A DNA stretch of 64,000 nt from an uncultured Spirochaetota bacterium (GCA_963845325.1 CAWJRT010000017.1:25204-89203); one strand, 5' to 3'. Positions 47,510 through 58,650 are shown, counted from the first letter of the stretch. Numbers and translations are program-made. The notes: generated by a model from the sequence alone, not told the origin.

Positions 47510-50500
47510 ATGGCTCAAAACCCGGTTCCGACGAATGCTCCGGCCACGTTGAGCAGGGAAGCCAAGATCACGGCACTCACCCTGCTGAAGAACTACTACG
47601 ATGAAGGGATCTTCACTCTGCTGGTCAAGGAGATCTACAACGCGGACCTCGGTATCAGCGAGGCTGCCATAAGGGCATCCGGTTCGCTGGGCAACGAGGT
47701 CGCCGTCCAGCACCTGTACCAGATGGTGGAACGAGGCAAGCAGCCGCAGCGCGTGGCCGCGGTGCAGGCCCTCATGGCCATCAGGGCCCCCTCGTCCACG
47801 GCAATGCTGGTCAAGTATTTCAACCATTTTCCCGAGGAAGAGCTGCGCACGGAGATCCTCCGGGCCATCAACGCCATCTCCCCCACCGCCCAGCAGGTTC
47901 TCGACCTGAATCATGCCGTATTTGCCGATCCCAAGCAGAGCGAAGCGGTGAAGAGCATCGCTGCCGAGGCCCTCGTGGAGGCGGAGCGCTACGCGACACT
48001 GAAGGACACGCTTCCCCGGGCCTTGCCGGGAGTCCAGCAGGCCGCTTTTACGAAAATGCTGCAGACCGGAAGCCAGGAGGTTCTCGACCTTCCCAGCGAG
48101 TCGCTTTCCCCGGCGGCGCTCGGCGTCTCGCTGTGCGTGTACGCGCTGAAGTCAAAAAATCCCCAGGCCAACTTTATCCTGGAGACTCTGCAGGGCGCGG
48201 AGCGGCAGACCATCCTGACCTTCCTGAACTCTCTTTCGCAGTTTCAGGGCCGGCTTCGCTACCCGACGAGGATATTCCGGCTCCTCCTCGTCACCCCATA
48301 CGCGGATGCGGAGACAGAGGCGCTCGTCGGAGACTTCCTGAAAAAAATCGTGGGCGAGGTAAAAAGCGCATCGCCCCACCTTCTCAGCGAGTTCTCCGTG
48401 ATCACCTCAGCGCACATCGACACGGTGTTCGCCAAGATCCGCAAGAATTACATATCCCTGCAGGGGATCACCAACAAGGATGTGCTCCTGTCCACCGTGC
48501 TGGCCACGCAGCTGGAAAGATATGCCACTCCGTCAGTTCTCGCCGACGTCCAGGCCTATTTCAAGGAAGACATGTACTCGGACAGGACACCCCCCATAGC
48601 GCAGATCAGGTCTCTCCTTTCCCACGCGCCGAAGGAAGACCAGAACCGGTTTGAGGCATGCATTCCCCTGTTCGCGCTGAAGGAAAAAAAGGAAAGGACA
48701 ACGGTGCTCCAGCAGGTCTCCCGCGTGGACCTGAACCGGCCGTTCTCCCTTCGGCGCCTGAACAGGCTCATCCGGGTCGCCGGCGCCCTGGAGCTCAAGA
48801 GCACCTCCAAGAAGATCCAGGAAATCCTCGATTTCGCGCGCGCAGAGCGGATCCACTACCTGGAAGAGACGAGCGTCGTCACCCTCTGCCAGCTGCTCAC
48901 GCGCTCCATCATCGAACAGTCCCGCGAGTACTTCAAGGAGCCGTCGCGGAACGTCCGGTCCTTGAACGGATACATCCGGGGAGCGCGCTTCATCCCGCCG
49001 AAGATTCTCGTCGGGCCGCTCATCCACATCGCCCAGCACCCCTCTCTCACGCCCCCTTCCCGCGCTCTGGCCATCGAGACCCTGGAGAGCATGAACCTTG
49101 CGGGGCTGCAGAAGTTTCTCACCCCGCTCCTGAAGATGCTCGATCTGCGGGAAGCCGCAGACGCCCTCAAGCTGAGAATGGGGAATCTGATTGCCAAGTG
49201 GGCAGACGCGTCTCTCAGCCACATCGCGCTGGACCTCACGGCGCACGCGTCCCCGGTCGGCCGCCGGGTGGCCGTCCGCATCCTGAAGGCCCTGGCCGCG
49301 CGCGGCGCGGGCGCTGGCACGGACATCGTGACCAACAAGCTCTACCTTCTCCTGGAGGACGCGGACCGCGGCGTGCGCGTCGACTCACTGCTGGCCCTTC
49401 TCTCCATGGGCGATGACTACGCGTCCCAGATCGTCAGCGACTATATCAAGGCGGGTGACAGCGAGATCGTTGCCGAGATCCTCGACGGCATCCAGAAGCC
49501 GTTGACACGGGAGGTCTTCGCGCTGGTCATGGAAATGATCCGCATTGACAGCCTTCCCGTCCAGAAGGCGCTGCGCGTCCTTCTCCCCGAGCTGAGCCAG
49601 GGAAGCTTTGCGGAGGAGCTCCGCCAGGGGCTGCTTGCCGCCATGGCGCAGCGCCCCGGTGCAGGACACGCCTCGGACGTACCGGCTCTCCGGGAGAAGG
49701 GGGGAGCAGAAACCGAGAGCGTCGTCGGCGAAGGGAAACTGCTGTTCAAGTTCCGGCGCGAGAGCATGGCCAACCTGACCGTCTTTTTCGTCGATATAGC
49801 CGGCTCCACTGAAAAATCGACAACGATGAACGAGACGGACTATCTCAAGCTCATCAAGGCATTTGAGGATATTGTTGTTGCCGCCATAGACGAATACCAG
49901 GGCCGGATGGTCAAGAAGATGGGGGATGGCATCCTGGCCTATTTCAAGTCCCCGGTGGCAGCGGTGGTCGCGGCGCTTGCCGTTCATAAAAAGGTCGACG
50001 AATACAGCGCCATGCGGGTGGCGCAGGAAAAGTTCCTGGTGCGGATCGGGTTGAACTCCGGTTCGGTCATCAAGAAAGGCAAGGACATCTTCGGCGAGGT
50101 AGTCAACGTCGCCTCCCGGATGCAGAGCAAGGCAAGCTCCGGGGAAACCATCGTGACAGAGGCGACGTTCCAGGAGATCAAGGATTACGTTCGCTGCAAT
50201 GACCTCGGCAAGCTTGAAGTAAAGGGGATCGGACGCAATGATGATGTATTCGCCCGTCGAGCTCATCGCTGACCCCGCGAAGATCATCGACGCGGCTCCA
50301 AAACCCGGCCTGGAGAGGCTGCAGGAGTCGATCTTCGTCCCGAATTTCAAGGTTCCCGCCGAGGCTGGAGAGAATCAACTTCCCGTCCTCCTGAAGGGAA
50401 TATTCTCCGAAATATCACGGGCAATAGAGGAACTGGCCTCCGACTACCACGACGAGTACGAGTTCAAGAAGTACCTGCAGGAGAAGTGGAACGAGTTGAT

Positions 50501-50513
50501 GGAGAGTCTGTAG
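47510..50513 (+). CDS. HEAT-repeat protein with class III adenylate cyclase domain (frameshift near 50230)
   Basis: HEAT-like repeats (RVAAVQALMAI, VRVDSLLALL); VFFVDIAGST, KKMGDGILA, VRIGLNSG, DIFGEVVNVASRMQ, LEVKG; tail continues in ORF 50238..50513. Confidence 0.85.
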
Positions 50514-50542
50514 GGACCGGTACTGCGGCACCGACCTGGCAT

Positions 50543-50571
50543 TTGACCTTTTCCTGAACGGATGCTATAGT
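50543..50571 (+). promoter_or_regulatory. Sigma-70 promoter of infC operon
   Basis: TTGACC-17 nt-TATAGT with extended TG. Confidence 0.75.
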
Positions 50572-50605
50572 GCGAAAAATCCCCACTCTGCGGGAAGGAG
50601 GTATA

Positions 50606-51136
50606 TTGGCCGAGAAGGATCTCAGGATCAATGAGGGCATTCGGGTCCGCGAGGTGCGACTGATTGACGCGGACGGGAATCAGAAGGGAATCGTGCCGAC
50701 CTTCGAAGCGTTGCAGCTGGCGCGGGAGTCCGGCGCTGACCTGGTGGAGATCGCTCCGCAGGCCCAGCCACCGGTGTGCAAGATCCTCAACTACGGGAAG
50801 TACAAGTTCGAGCTGGAAAAGAAGTCCCGTGAGGCGAAGAAGCACCAGAAGCAGATCCGGATCAAGGAGATCCGGATGCAGCCGAAGATCGACGGGCACG
50901 ACCTGGAGTTCAAAACCCGGCATGTCAGGGAGTTCCTTGACGAGGGCAACAAGGTCAAGGTCACCGTCCGTTTCCGCGGGCGTGAGCTTGCCCACACGGA
51001 GCTCGGCAAGGATGTCCTTGACAAGATCCTCGAGATGCTCGGAGATGCCTTTCTCGTGGAAAAGCCCGCCCAGATGGAAGGGCGGACGATGTCGATACTC
51101 CTCAATCCAAAGGGAAGCAAGGCCAAGAAAGGATAG
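50606..51136 (+). CDS. infC: Translation initiation factor IF-3 (non-AUG start)
   Basis: AGGAGG then TTG; [36 protein letters not shown]. Confidence 0.95.
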   Translation: MAEKDLRINEGIRVREVRLIDADGNQKGIVPTFEALQLARESGADLVEIAPQAQPPVCKILNYGKYKFELEKKSREAKKHQKQIRIKEIRMQPKIDGHDLEFKTRHVREFLDEGNKVKVTVRFRGRELAHTELGKDVLDKILEMLGDAFLVEKPAQMEGRTMSILLNPKGSKAKKG

Positions 51137-51139
51137 ACA

Positions 51140-51343
51140 ATGCCCAAGATGAAAACCAAGAAGGCAGCTGCGAAGCGCTACCACGTGACCGGCACGGGCA
51201 AGGTTCGCTACAAGAAGCAGGGCCTGCGGCATATCCTCACCAAGAAGAACGCAAAGAGAAAGCGGCGCCTGCGGCTGTCCGCCACCCTGAGTCCGGTAGA
51301 GACGAAAAGGGTGAAGCAGCTCCTGCCGTACTCGGGCAGGTAG
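51140..51343 (+). CDS. rpmI: 50S ribosomal protein L35
   Basis: [14 protein letters not shown]...RHILTKK. Confidence 0.96.
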   Translation: MPKMKTKKAAAKRYHVTGTGKVRYKKQGLRHILTKKNAKRKRRLRLSATLSPVETKRVKQLLPYSGR

Positions 51344-51369
51344 CAATCCAGAGAAGGAGATTCTGACCA

Positions 51370-51744
51370 ATGCCGAGATCAAAAAACGGTACGCGGAGGC
51401 GGGAACGCCGCCGCAAGATAATGAAGCTTGCGAAGGGGTACTGGGGCGGCAGAAGCCGTCTCTTCAAGACCGCAAAAGAAGCGGTCATGAAGGGGCTCGC
51501 CGCGTCGTACCGGGACCGCCGGCGCAAAAAGGGCGAGTTCCGGCGCCTCTGGATTGCCCGCATATCAGCAGCGGTCCGCGCAGAGGGTGTGACATATTCG
51601 CAGTTCATGCACGGCCTGGCAACGGCGAGCGTTGAGCTTAACCGCAAGGCGCTTTCCAACATGGCAATCGAGGACCCGGTGGCGTTCAAGGCCATCGTGA
51701 CGAAGGCCAAGGAAGCCCTGGCTGCGGGTGTCGGCGCTGAATGA
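51370..51744 (+). CDS. rplT: 50S ribosomal protein L20
   Basis: KLAKGYWG, YRDRRRKKGEFRRLWIARI, LNRKALSNMA. Confidence 0.97.
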   Translation: MPRSKNGTRRRERRRKIMKLAKGYWGGRSRLFKTAKEAVMKGLAASYRDRRRKKGEFRRLWIARISAAVRAEGVTYSQFMHGLATASVELNRKALSNMAIEDPVAFKAIVTKAKEALAAGVGAE

Positions 51745-52247
51745 TCACCCTCGAGCAGATCCGGCTGCTGGAAAGCAAGATCACTCGAGCCCTGGAGCTC
51801 ATTCGCGTTCTCAAGGATGAAAATACGACGCTCCGCAAGGGTTTGGAGTCTGCCCAACGGCGCATGAGGGAGCTGGAAACGCTCGTGGAAGGTTTCAAGA
51901 CGGACCAGAAGGAAATCGAGTCCGTCATCGTGCGGACGCTCCACAACCTGGACGAGTTGGAAGAATCGGCGGCCACCACAGCCACTCCTGGTGGCATTCC
52001 GGCCGCCACTCCTGGTGGCATTCCGGCCGCCACTCCTGGTGGCATTCCGGCCGCCACTCCTGGTGGCATTCCGGCCGTCACTCCTGGTAGCATTCCGGCC
52101 GCCTCGGCAGCCCGCGGCGAGGGTGGCATCCAGCCGGGCGGTGGTCGTGCGTCCGCGGCGGCCCGCGTGGAGAATGCCGCGTCCCCCGGCGGGCTTCAGG
52201 CAGCCACCGATTCTCCTTCACCCAAGGAAGAGCTGGACATCTTTTAG
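51741..52247 (+). CDS. ZapB-like coiled-coil protein with repeat-expanded tail
   Basis: MITLEQIRLLESKITRALELIRVLKDEN coiled coil between rplT and zapA; ends ELDIF. Confidence 0.75.
   Translation: MITLEQIRLLESKITRALELIRVLKDENTTLRKGLESAQRRMRELETLVEGFKTDQKEIESVIVRTLHNLDELEESAATTATPGGIPAATPGGIPAATPGGIPAATPGGIPAVTPGSIPAASAARGEGGIQPGGGRASAAARVENAASPGGLQAATDSPSPKEELDIF
51981..52100 (+). repeat. Five tandem 24-bp palindrome-containing repeats (ATPGGIPA)
   Basis: GCCACTCCTGGTGGCATTCCGGCC x4 exact plus one copy with two substitutions. Confidence 0.95.
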
Positions 52248-52253
52248 GGATTC

Positions 52254-52550
52254 ATGGAGAAGCGCCAGCTCCGGATCGACGTCCTGGGAACCTCTTTCGT
52301 CATCCAATCCGATGAAAGCCCCGAGCACCTCGCACTCCTGTCCTCATTCGTGAAGGACAGGATCGAAGAGGTAAAGGGCCGCTACTCGTTCGCGGACCCT
52401 CTCACGGTTGCCGTCCTTGCAGCGCTGAACATCGCCGATGATCTCTTCAAGGCGCGCGATGGCAGGCTGCCCGCAACGCAGGCGTCGGAGATCGAGAACG
52501 TTGCTGAAAGGCTCATCAGCAGGATTGACGATGAGCTCATGCGGCCGTGA
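52254..52550 (+). CDS. zapA: Cell division protein ZapA
   Basis: IDVLGTSFVI...VAVLAALNIADDLFK. Confidence 0.85.
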   Translation: MEKRQLRIDVLGTSFVIQSDESPEHLALLSSFVKDRIEEVKGRYSFADPLTVAVLAALNIADDLFKARDGRLPATQASEIENVAERLISRIDDELMRP

Positions 52551-52563
52551 TGCGCGCCGGGGC

Positions 52564-53575
52564 CTACACTGAGTAGGTGCACCCCTCCACGCTGACAATC
52601 CGCGCCGCCACGGCGTTGGCAAGTCTCGCGCTCTGGATCGGTGAAATGCCGAGCAGCCTCCCGTAAAGGAATCCGGCGGCGAACGCATCTCCTGCGCCGG
52701 TTGTGTCCACCACTTTTACGGGCACGCCCGGCACGTGCTCATGTTTCCCGTCATGTCCAACCACACAGCCCTTGTCCCCCGTCTTCATCACAACAACCGG
52801 CGCGAGCCTCATGGCCTGGCCCACGCAGTCTTCGTCACAGGAGCTGCCGGTGAGCAGGGCAAGCTCATCCCGGTTTCCGAACAGCACATCGACGCGCCCC
52901 GGGATCCATGCAACGAGCTTCTCCGCGTAGCGGCGCACGGCGAAGGGATCGGCGAGATCGAAGGCAATCGTGATGCCGCGGCCCTCCGCGCGGGCAAACT
53001 CCGCGGCGCGGTCCGCGGCCCGGCGCTGGTTCTCCGTGTCCCACAGGTACCCGGTCAGGTAGAGCACCTGCGAGGCGGCCAGGCGTCCAAGGTCGAGATC
53101 GTCGACGTTGAAATCGCGGCAGGCGCCGAGGAAGGTGTTCATCTGTCCGCTCGCCGTCGGGAGTCACGAGGATGACGGAGGTGCCGGTGGGAGTATCCTT
53201 GCGGACGAGCGCCGCATGCACGCCGGCGTCCGCAATGCGGGAGGCAAACTCGTCTCCCCGCCCGTCGCGGCCGATTGCGCCGTTGAATACCGGGGCCGTC
53301 GGCGCCGCGGGAGGTTTTCCGGAACGACCGAGAACTTCATCGCGCAGCGCCTGGCCCGCCTCGCTGGACAGCCAGGCTATTCCTCGTGCGGTGTTTGCCG
53401 CGCTTCCTCCCGGCGAGGTGCGAAAGGTGCGGATTTCAGCGAGAAGCCGCGTGATCTCGGCGTACTCGACGAGATGCATCGTGCCGGGATTCTTGCCGAA
53501 CTTCTTGAGGAAGGCATAGTCAACGTGGGCAATCACGTCCATGAGGGGGTTTTCGACTCCGTAGAGAGAATGCAA
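52564..53575 (-). CDS. PfkB-family carbohydrate/adenosine kinase (frameshift near 53143)
   Basis: NPLMD, PGGSAANT, PTGTSVILVTPDGERT-MNTFLGA, VVDTTGAGDAFAAGFL. Confidence 0.9.
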
Positions 53576-53652
53576 ACCTGTCCTCCCTGATCTGAATTGA
53601 CACCCGCGATTCCCACGGGTAGAGTATTGGATAGTAAGGAAGCAGCGCGCGG

Positions 53653-54558
53653 ATGTCCATCATCACCAGCCAGCAGCTCACTCGGTACTACGAACAGTAC
53701 AAATCAACGGACGTCACTTTCAACAAGCAGGTGATCAGCGCCCTCGGGCTCGTCGCAAAAGGGGTGTATCTCAAGATCCAGGACCGGCAGCTCCCCTGCA
53801 TGGTATTCTCCAGCTCCATGTCCACGGCCCGGGTGATCGCCAACATGCCCGGTTCGGTGATGCTCACCCTGAAACGGGCGAACAACCGCCTGGCCCTGCG
53901 ATGGTGCTTCAAGCTGCCGGACAAAGTCGAGCCTATCACTTTTTTCGTTACATGCCGTCCGGCCGGCTTCACGCATTATGCCCCGCAGGGCCCTGACATG
54001 CATTTCGTGAGCCTCGAGTTTACCCAGAGGCCGCCGGATGACCTGATCCAGATCCTCGGCTCGCTCCTGGAGGCAAATGTCAACGCCCATAGACGAAAGG
54101 ACGAGCGGATTGTCCTCACTCCTGAGACCATGAAAAAGCTCGGCCTGGATTCCCGTGAAGCCGCGTTGTTGGTCGACACCCGGAGCTTCAAGTGCGTGCT
54201 CCGCGACCTCTCCTTCAGCGGCGCCAAGGTGGTGGTCTCGGGCAGAGATGAAACATTCAGGAACCAGGGCGTCAGCCTGAAGTTCTCGCGCAGCGAGGAG
54301 CTGCCCGAGATGACCATACCGGCCGCTGTGCGCCGCGTGGAGGAAATCGGTGGAAGAAAAGACATCCTTGCCGTCGGCATGGAGTATTCCTCCGATCCCC
54401 CGATGAGCTACAAGCTTCTCATCAATTCTTACGTCTCAACGGTGAGAAAAGCGGCACAGAACGCGCCGGATGAGCCGGAACCGCCTTCCTCGCTGCACGC
54501 CGCTGCCTCTTCCGAACCGGTGGATGGACCAGCCGGCCAAGATCCTTCGAATGCCTGA
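53653..54558 (+). CDS. Spirochaete PlzA-like PilZ-domain c-di-GMP receptor
   Basis: N-terminal PilZ-like domain, then RRKDER (RxxxR) and DLSFSG (DxSxxG). Confidence 0.82.
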   Translation: MSIITSQQLTRYYEQYKSTDVTFNKQVISALGLVAKGVYLKIQDRQLPCMVFSSSMSTARVIANMPGSVMLTLKRANNRLALRWCFKLPDKVEPITFFVTCRPAGFTHYAPQGPDMHFVSLEFTQRPPDDLIQILGSLLEANVNAHRRKDERIVLTPETMKKLGLDSREAALLVDTRSFKCVLRDLSFSGAKVVVSGRDETFRNQGVSLKFSRSEELPEMTIPAAVRRVEEIGGRKDILAVGMEYSSDPPMSYKLLINSYVSTVRKAAQNAPDEPEPPSSLHAAASSEPVDGPAGQDPSNA

Positions 54559-55654
54559 GTATTCCCGGCTTGCGAACGTCGTCTACGTTTCCATTGCGCA
54601 GACCACCCAGCGGAAGATCGGCGAGTTCACGCTGGACCCCGGCATCCTCCTGCCGGTCGAGCTGCCGCCGGGTGTTTCCTCGCTGGACGCCGGTGAGCTG
54701 AGCTGGGAGGCCATCGTGGCCGGCACCCTCAAGGTGCTTGCCTGGGACCAGACCAACGCGAACACTGAGTATTACCGCAGGTTTGTCATGGCGGTCAAAC
54801 CCGATATCAAGACCGAGTTCACGCACGTGGGTATTCTCAAGGCCCGCAATGGAGAATCGGAGGCGGCCATTGAGATATTCCAGGCCCTTGAAGGGCTTTT
54901 CCCCGATGACGCAGTGACACGGATGAATCTTGCCCTCGCCTACGAAGAGCGTGCCCGGCAGATGGAGAAGCTGGAGCGCACCGACCAGGTGGACGAGTTC
55001 CAGGCACTCGCGTTCGAGGCGTACAAGGCCGCCCTGGCCTCTGACCCCACGCTGCCCGCCATCCACTACAACATGGCTTACTTCTACCTGCACCAGCGCT
55101 CATTCGAAAAGGCCCGGGAGCACCTCCAGGTCTTTGCCAAGACCGGCACCGACGAAAAAAGAGTCCGTGAAGCGAAACGAATCATCCGTGAGATCGACGA
55201 ACAGGGGTTGATGGACGGGCTTTTCCAGAAGGCCTTCGACAACATCCGCATGGGGCATGAAGAAGAGGGGATCACCAGCATCACCTCGTTCCTCGCCTCG
55301 CGTCCCGGCGTTCCGAACGCATGGTTCCTGCTTGGCTGGGCCAACCGGCGCCTTGCCCGCTACGCGGAAGGCCGGGATGCGTTCATGAAGGCCCTTGAGC
55401 TCGGTTCTCCCCACGCGGACCTGTTGAACGAGCTTGCGATCTGCCTGATGGAGCTTGGCGAGATGACGGAGAGTCGCAAGCGGCTCGGCGAGGCGCTGAA
55501 ACTCGAACCCGAAAATACAAAAGTGATATCCAACCTCGGAATCCTTGCCTTGAAGTCGGGCAACAAGGCGGAAGCCCTCGGTTTTTTCCGCACCGTGCTG
55601 GAAATCGAGCCGAACGACAGTATTGCCGCCCGCTATAGAGAAGATCTTTCCTGA
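54551..55654 (+). CDS. TPR protein
   Basis: FTLDPGILLPVE N-terminus; TPRs such as NAWFLLGWANRRLARY and KVISNLGILAL. Confidence 0.85.
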   Translation: MPEYSRLANVVYVSIAQTTQRKIGEFTLDPGILLPVELPPGVSSLDAGELSWEAIVAGTLKVLAWDQTNANTEYYRRFVMAVKPDIKTEFTHVGILKARNGESEAAIEIFQALEGLFPDDAVTRMNLALAYEERARQMEKLERTDQVDEFQALAFEAYKAALASDPTLPAIHYNMAYFYLHQRSFEKAREHLQVFAKTGTDEKRVREAKRIIREIDEQGLMDGLFQKAFDNIRMGHEEEGITSITSFLASRPGVPNAWFLLGWANRRLARYAEGRDAFMKALELGSPHADLLNELAICLMELGEMTESRKRLGEALKLEPENTKVISNLGILALKSGNKAEALGFFRTVLEIEPNDSIAARYREDLS

Positions 55655-55673
55655 AATTCGTGAAAAATCCCCC

Positions 55674-55701
55674 TAATATTTAAACTCCCCCCTGTCGAAA
55701 A
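55674..55701 (+). promoter_or_regulatory. Probable sigma-28 promoter of flagellin
   Basis: TAAT-N16-GTCGAAAA in an AT-rich patch about 220 nt upstream of the flagellin start. Confidence 0.55.
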
Positions 55702-55920
55702 AAGGACTGAGGGTAGCTCCGGTCGGCAGCCGAGGGCCTTCTCCCTTCTTCCGCTACTCTGTGTATCGGCCCACCTGGAGGGCCCCTCAAGGGAAATCGG
55801 AAAAAGGAAAAAGGCCGGAAGCGCGATGGGTGCGCCGCCAGGACGCCGTGCCGGTGGCACGGCACAGAATTCCCCGGGCATGGATGCCCGGGGCGAGCTG
55901 CATTTTTCAGGGAGGATGAC

Positions 55921-56780
55921 ATGATCATCAATCACAACATGAGCGCGATCTTCGCTGACCGCCAGCTGAAGGTCAACAATCTGAGCCTGGACAAGAACAT
56001 GGAGAAGCTCTCGTCGGGCCTGCGAATCGTGCGCGCCGGCGACGACGCCTCGGGACTGGCCGTCTCGGAAAAGATGAGAAGCCAGATCCGCGGCCTGCGC
56101 CAGGCCAGCTCCAACGCGGCCAACGGCATCTCCTTCATCCAGACCTCCGAAGGCTACCTGCAGGAAAGCCAGGACATCCTGCAGCGGCTGCGGGAGCTTT
56201 CGGTGCAGTCGTCCAACGGCATCTACACCGACGAGGACCGCATGCAGATCCAGGTGGAGGTTTCCGCGCTGGTCAACGAGGTGGACCGCATCGCCAGCCA
56301 CGCGCAGTTCAACGGCATGAACATGCTCACGGGACGCTTCGCGCGGCCGGCGGGCAGAACGTGGTCACCGCCAGCATGTGGCTGCAGATCGGCGCAAACA
56401 TGGACCAGCGCACGCGGGTGTTCATCGGCACCATGACCGCCGAGGCGCTGGGCATCAGGAATCCGGGCAGCAAGCAGATCATCAGCCTTTCCAGCCCTGA
56501 CGGGGCCAACCGATCCATCGGGATGCTGGACTCGGCCCTTCGCACCATCAACAAGCAGAGGGCGGACCTGGGCGCCTACCAGAACCGCCTGGAGTACGCG
56601 GTGAAGGGCCTGGACATCGGGGCGGAAAACCTGCAGGCCGCGGAATCCAGGATCCGGGACGCCGACATGGCCTCCGAGATGGTGGAGTACACCAAGAACG
56701 CCATCCTCACGCAGGCGGCCACCGCCATGCTGGCCCAGGCAAACACCAAGACAAGGACGGTCTTGCAGCTGCTCCAGTAG
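55921..56780 (+). CDS. flaB: Flagellar filament core flagellin FlaB (frameshift near 56355)
   Basis: [62 protein letters not shown]. Confidence 0.93.
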
Positions 56781-57123
56781 TGCAGTATCATTGATGACAA
56801 AGTCCACGAATGCCGCCGCAGAGGGTGACATTCGTGGCCGCAGACCCAATAGGTCTTTGACAAAGCACCCTCCTGGGGTGTGCTGGGACAAAGGAAGCCG
56901 TGTCCGGAAGGCTGAAAAGCGCTGAGGGGCCGGTTTCCTTGTTGATCGGGAAAATGGGAACGGATGAAAGGCACGCGCGAGCGCTTTTCATGATACATCC
57001 CGACAGCACACAGGGCAGGATCGCCGCACTATGGCATGATCCGCGGGATTCCGCGGGGAGTGTCGGAACGGCGGCGCAAATGCCGGAGGCACGGATGCCT
57101 CCATTCACATCAAGGAGGGTCAC

Positions 57124-57966
57124 ATGGTCATTAACCACAACATGAGCGCCATGTTCGCGAACAGGCAGGTCAAGTTCAACGAGCTTGACCTGAACAAGGA
57201 CATCGAGAAGCTGTCCACGGGTATGCGGATCAACAGGGGCGGGGACGACGCGTCAGGACTGGCGGTGTCGGAGAAGCTCCGCTCGCAGATCCGCGGGCTC
57301 AACCAGGCGGGCAGGAACATCGAAAGTGCGGTGTCCTTCATCCAGACCACCGAAGGCTATCTGGCGGAGACGCAGGATATCATGCACCGGGTCCGGGAGC
57401 TGGCTGTCCAGTCGGCAAACGGCATCTACACGGATGAAGACCGGGCGCAGATACAGGTCGAAGTCTCCCAGCTGGTCGACGAGGTCAACAGGATCGCGTC
57501 CCATGCCCAGTTCAATGGACTGAACATGCTCACCGGCCGGTTCGGCAATCCCAATCGGGGAGGGACGGTCACCGCTGAGATGTTCTTCCAGGTCGGGGCA
57601 AACATGGACCAGCGGAAGCAAGTGTTCATCGGCACCATGACGGCACAGGCTCTTGGCATGCGGGGGATCTCGATCTCCACCCCGGACAAGGCCAACGCGG
57701 TCATCGGCACCGTGGACAACGCTTTGAGGCAGGTTTCCCGGCAGCGCGCCGATCTGGGCGCCTACCAGAACCGCTTCGAGATGGCGGCCAAGGGGGTCGC
57801 GGTGGCGGCGGAGAACATGCAGGCCGCCGAATCGCAGATTCGCGACACGGACATCGCCTCGCAAATGGTCACCTATACGAAGAACCAGATCCTGATGCAG
57901 TCGAGCACTGCAATGCTTGCACAGGCCAACCTGAAGCCAAGGTCGGTACTGCAGCTCCTGCAGTAG
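57124..57966 (+). CDS. flaB: Second flagellar filament core flagellin FlaB
   Basis: [44 protein letters not shown]. Confidence 0.95.
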   Translation: MVINHNMSAMFANRQVKFNELDLNKDIEKLSTGMRINRGGDDASGLAVSEKLRSQIRGLNQAGRNIESAVSFIQTTEGYLAETQDIMHRVRELAVQSANGIYTDEDRAQIQVEVSQLVDEVNRIASHAQFNGLNMLTGRFGNPNRGGTVTAEMFFQVGANMDQRKQVFIGTMTAQALGMRGISISTPDKANAVIGTVDNALRQVSRQRADLGAYQNRFEMAAKGVAVAAENMQAAESQIRDTDIASQMVTYTKNQILMQSSTAMLAQANLKPRSVLQLLQ

Positions 57967-58000
57967 CAGACGGCATACGGGACCAGCCGTTCCCAAGATG

Positions 58001-58024
58001 CGAATGCCACGGGGGTACCGTGGC
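58001..58024 (+). repeat. REP-like palindrome CGAATGCCACGG-loop-CCGTGGC (representative of a dispersed family)
   Basis: Related copies at 41854, 41936, 41958, 42099, 43959, 43987, 56804, 58138 and the 51981 array. Confidence 0.7.
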
Positions 58025-58264
58025 CGCGAAAGAAGCTTCTGGACGTCGCTTCTTTCAAGCACGTGGTGGGGCGGGGGGGTCGCGCACTCCCCTCCCTTTT
58101 TTGGGGTCTAGCGAGAAAAGGAAGCGTCCGTCATTGGTGCACGGAATACCGTGCAGCTGTTTCGCGGAATACCGCGAATGGGCCCAGGCAGCGGAGCTGC
58201 CGGCATCACCATCCCCGCGCGTTCCAGGCGTGCCGGGAGCAGGCGTACACGGAGGTACAGAAAC

Positions 58265-58615
58265 ATGGGTATGGAGATACCTGGGATTCTCAAATCGAAT
58301 CCCGTGCAGGACGTCCTCCTGAAAGAGGCGAGGATGCTGCCGGATCGGCAGCCGCGTCAGGTGGACCTGCCCGCAGAACCGCAGAAGCTTTCACGGCAGG
58401 AGATCGAGGCCCAGGCAAAGGCCTTGGAAAAGACTTTTCTCGCGTTCAACCGCAGGGTTGAGCTCTCTGTGAATGAAACGATCAACCAGGTGGTCATCAA
58501 GGTGGTCGACACGGACACCGATAAGGTAATCAAGGAGATCCCCGCCGAGGAAATTCAGCGTCTGATCGCCAGGATCAAGGAGACAATTGGCCTTCTGGTC
58601 GACGAAAAGATCTGA
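58265..58615 (+). CDS. flaG: Flagellar protein FlaG
   Basis: GGAGG RBS; VVIKVVDTDTDKVIKEIPAEEI...GLLVDEKI. Confidence 0.9.
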   Translation: MGMEIPGILKSNPVQDVLLKEARMLPDRQPRQVDLPAEPQKLSRQEIEAQAKALEKTFLAFNRRVELSVNETINQVVIKVVDTDTDKVIKEIPAEEIQRLIARIKETIGLLVDEKI

Positions 58616-58650
58616 GTGTGACACCTCGGGAGGGAACAAGGGCCGCCGCC

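Noticed and set aside
50596-50608. Non-AUG start of infC as a novelty
   Set aside because: Non-canonical starts are the established autoregulatory feature of infC.
51981-52100. CRISPR array
   Set aside because: Repeats are head-to-tail with no spacers, lie inside a CDS, and no cas genes are present.
52550-52564. 6S RNA downstream of zapA
   Set aside because: Only 13 bp separate zapA from the convergent kinase gene.
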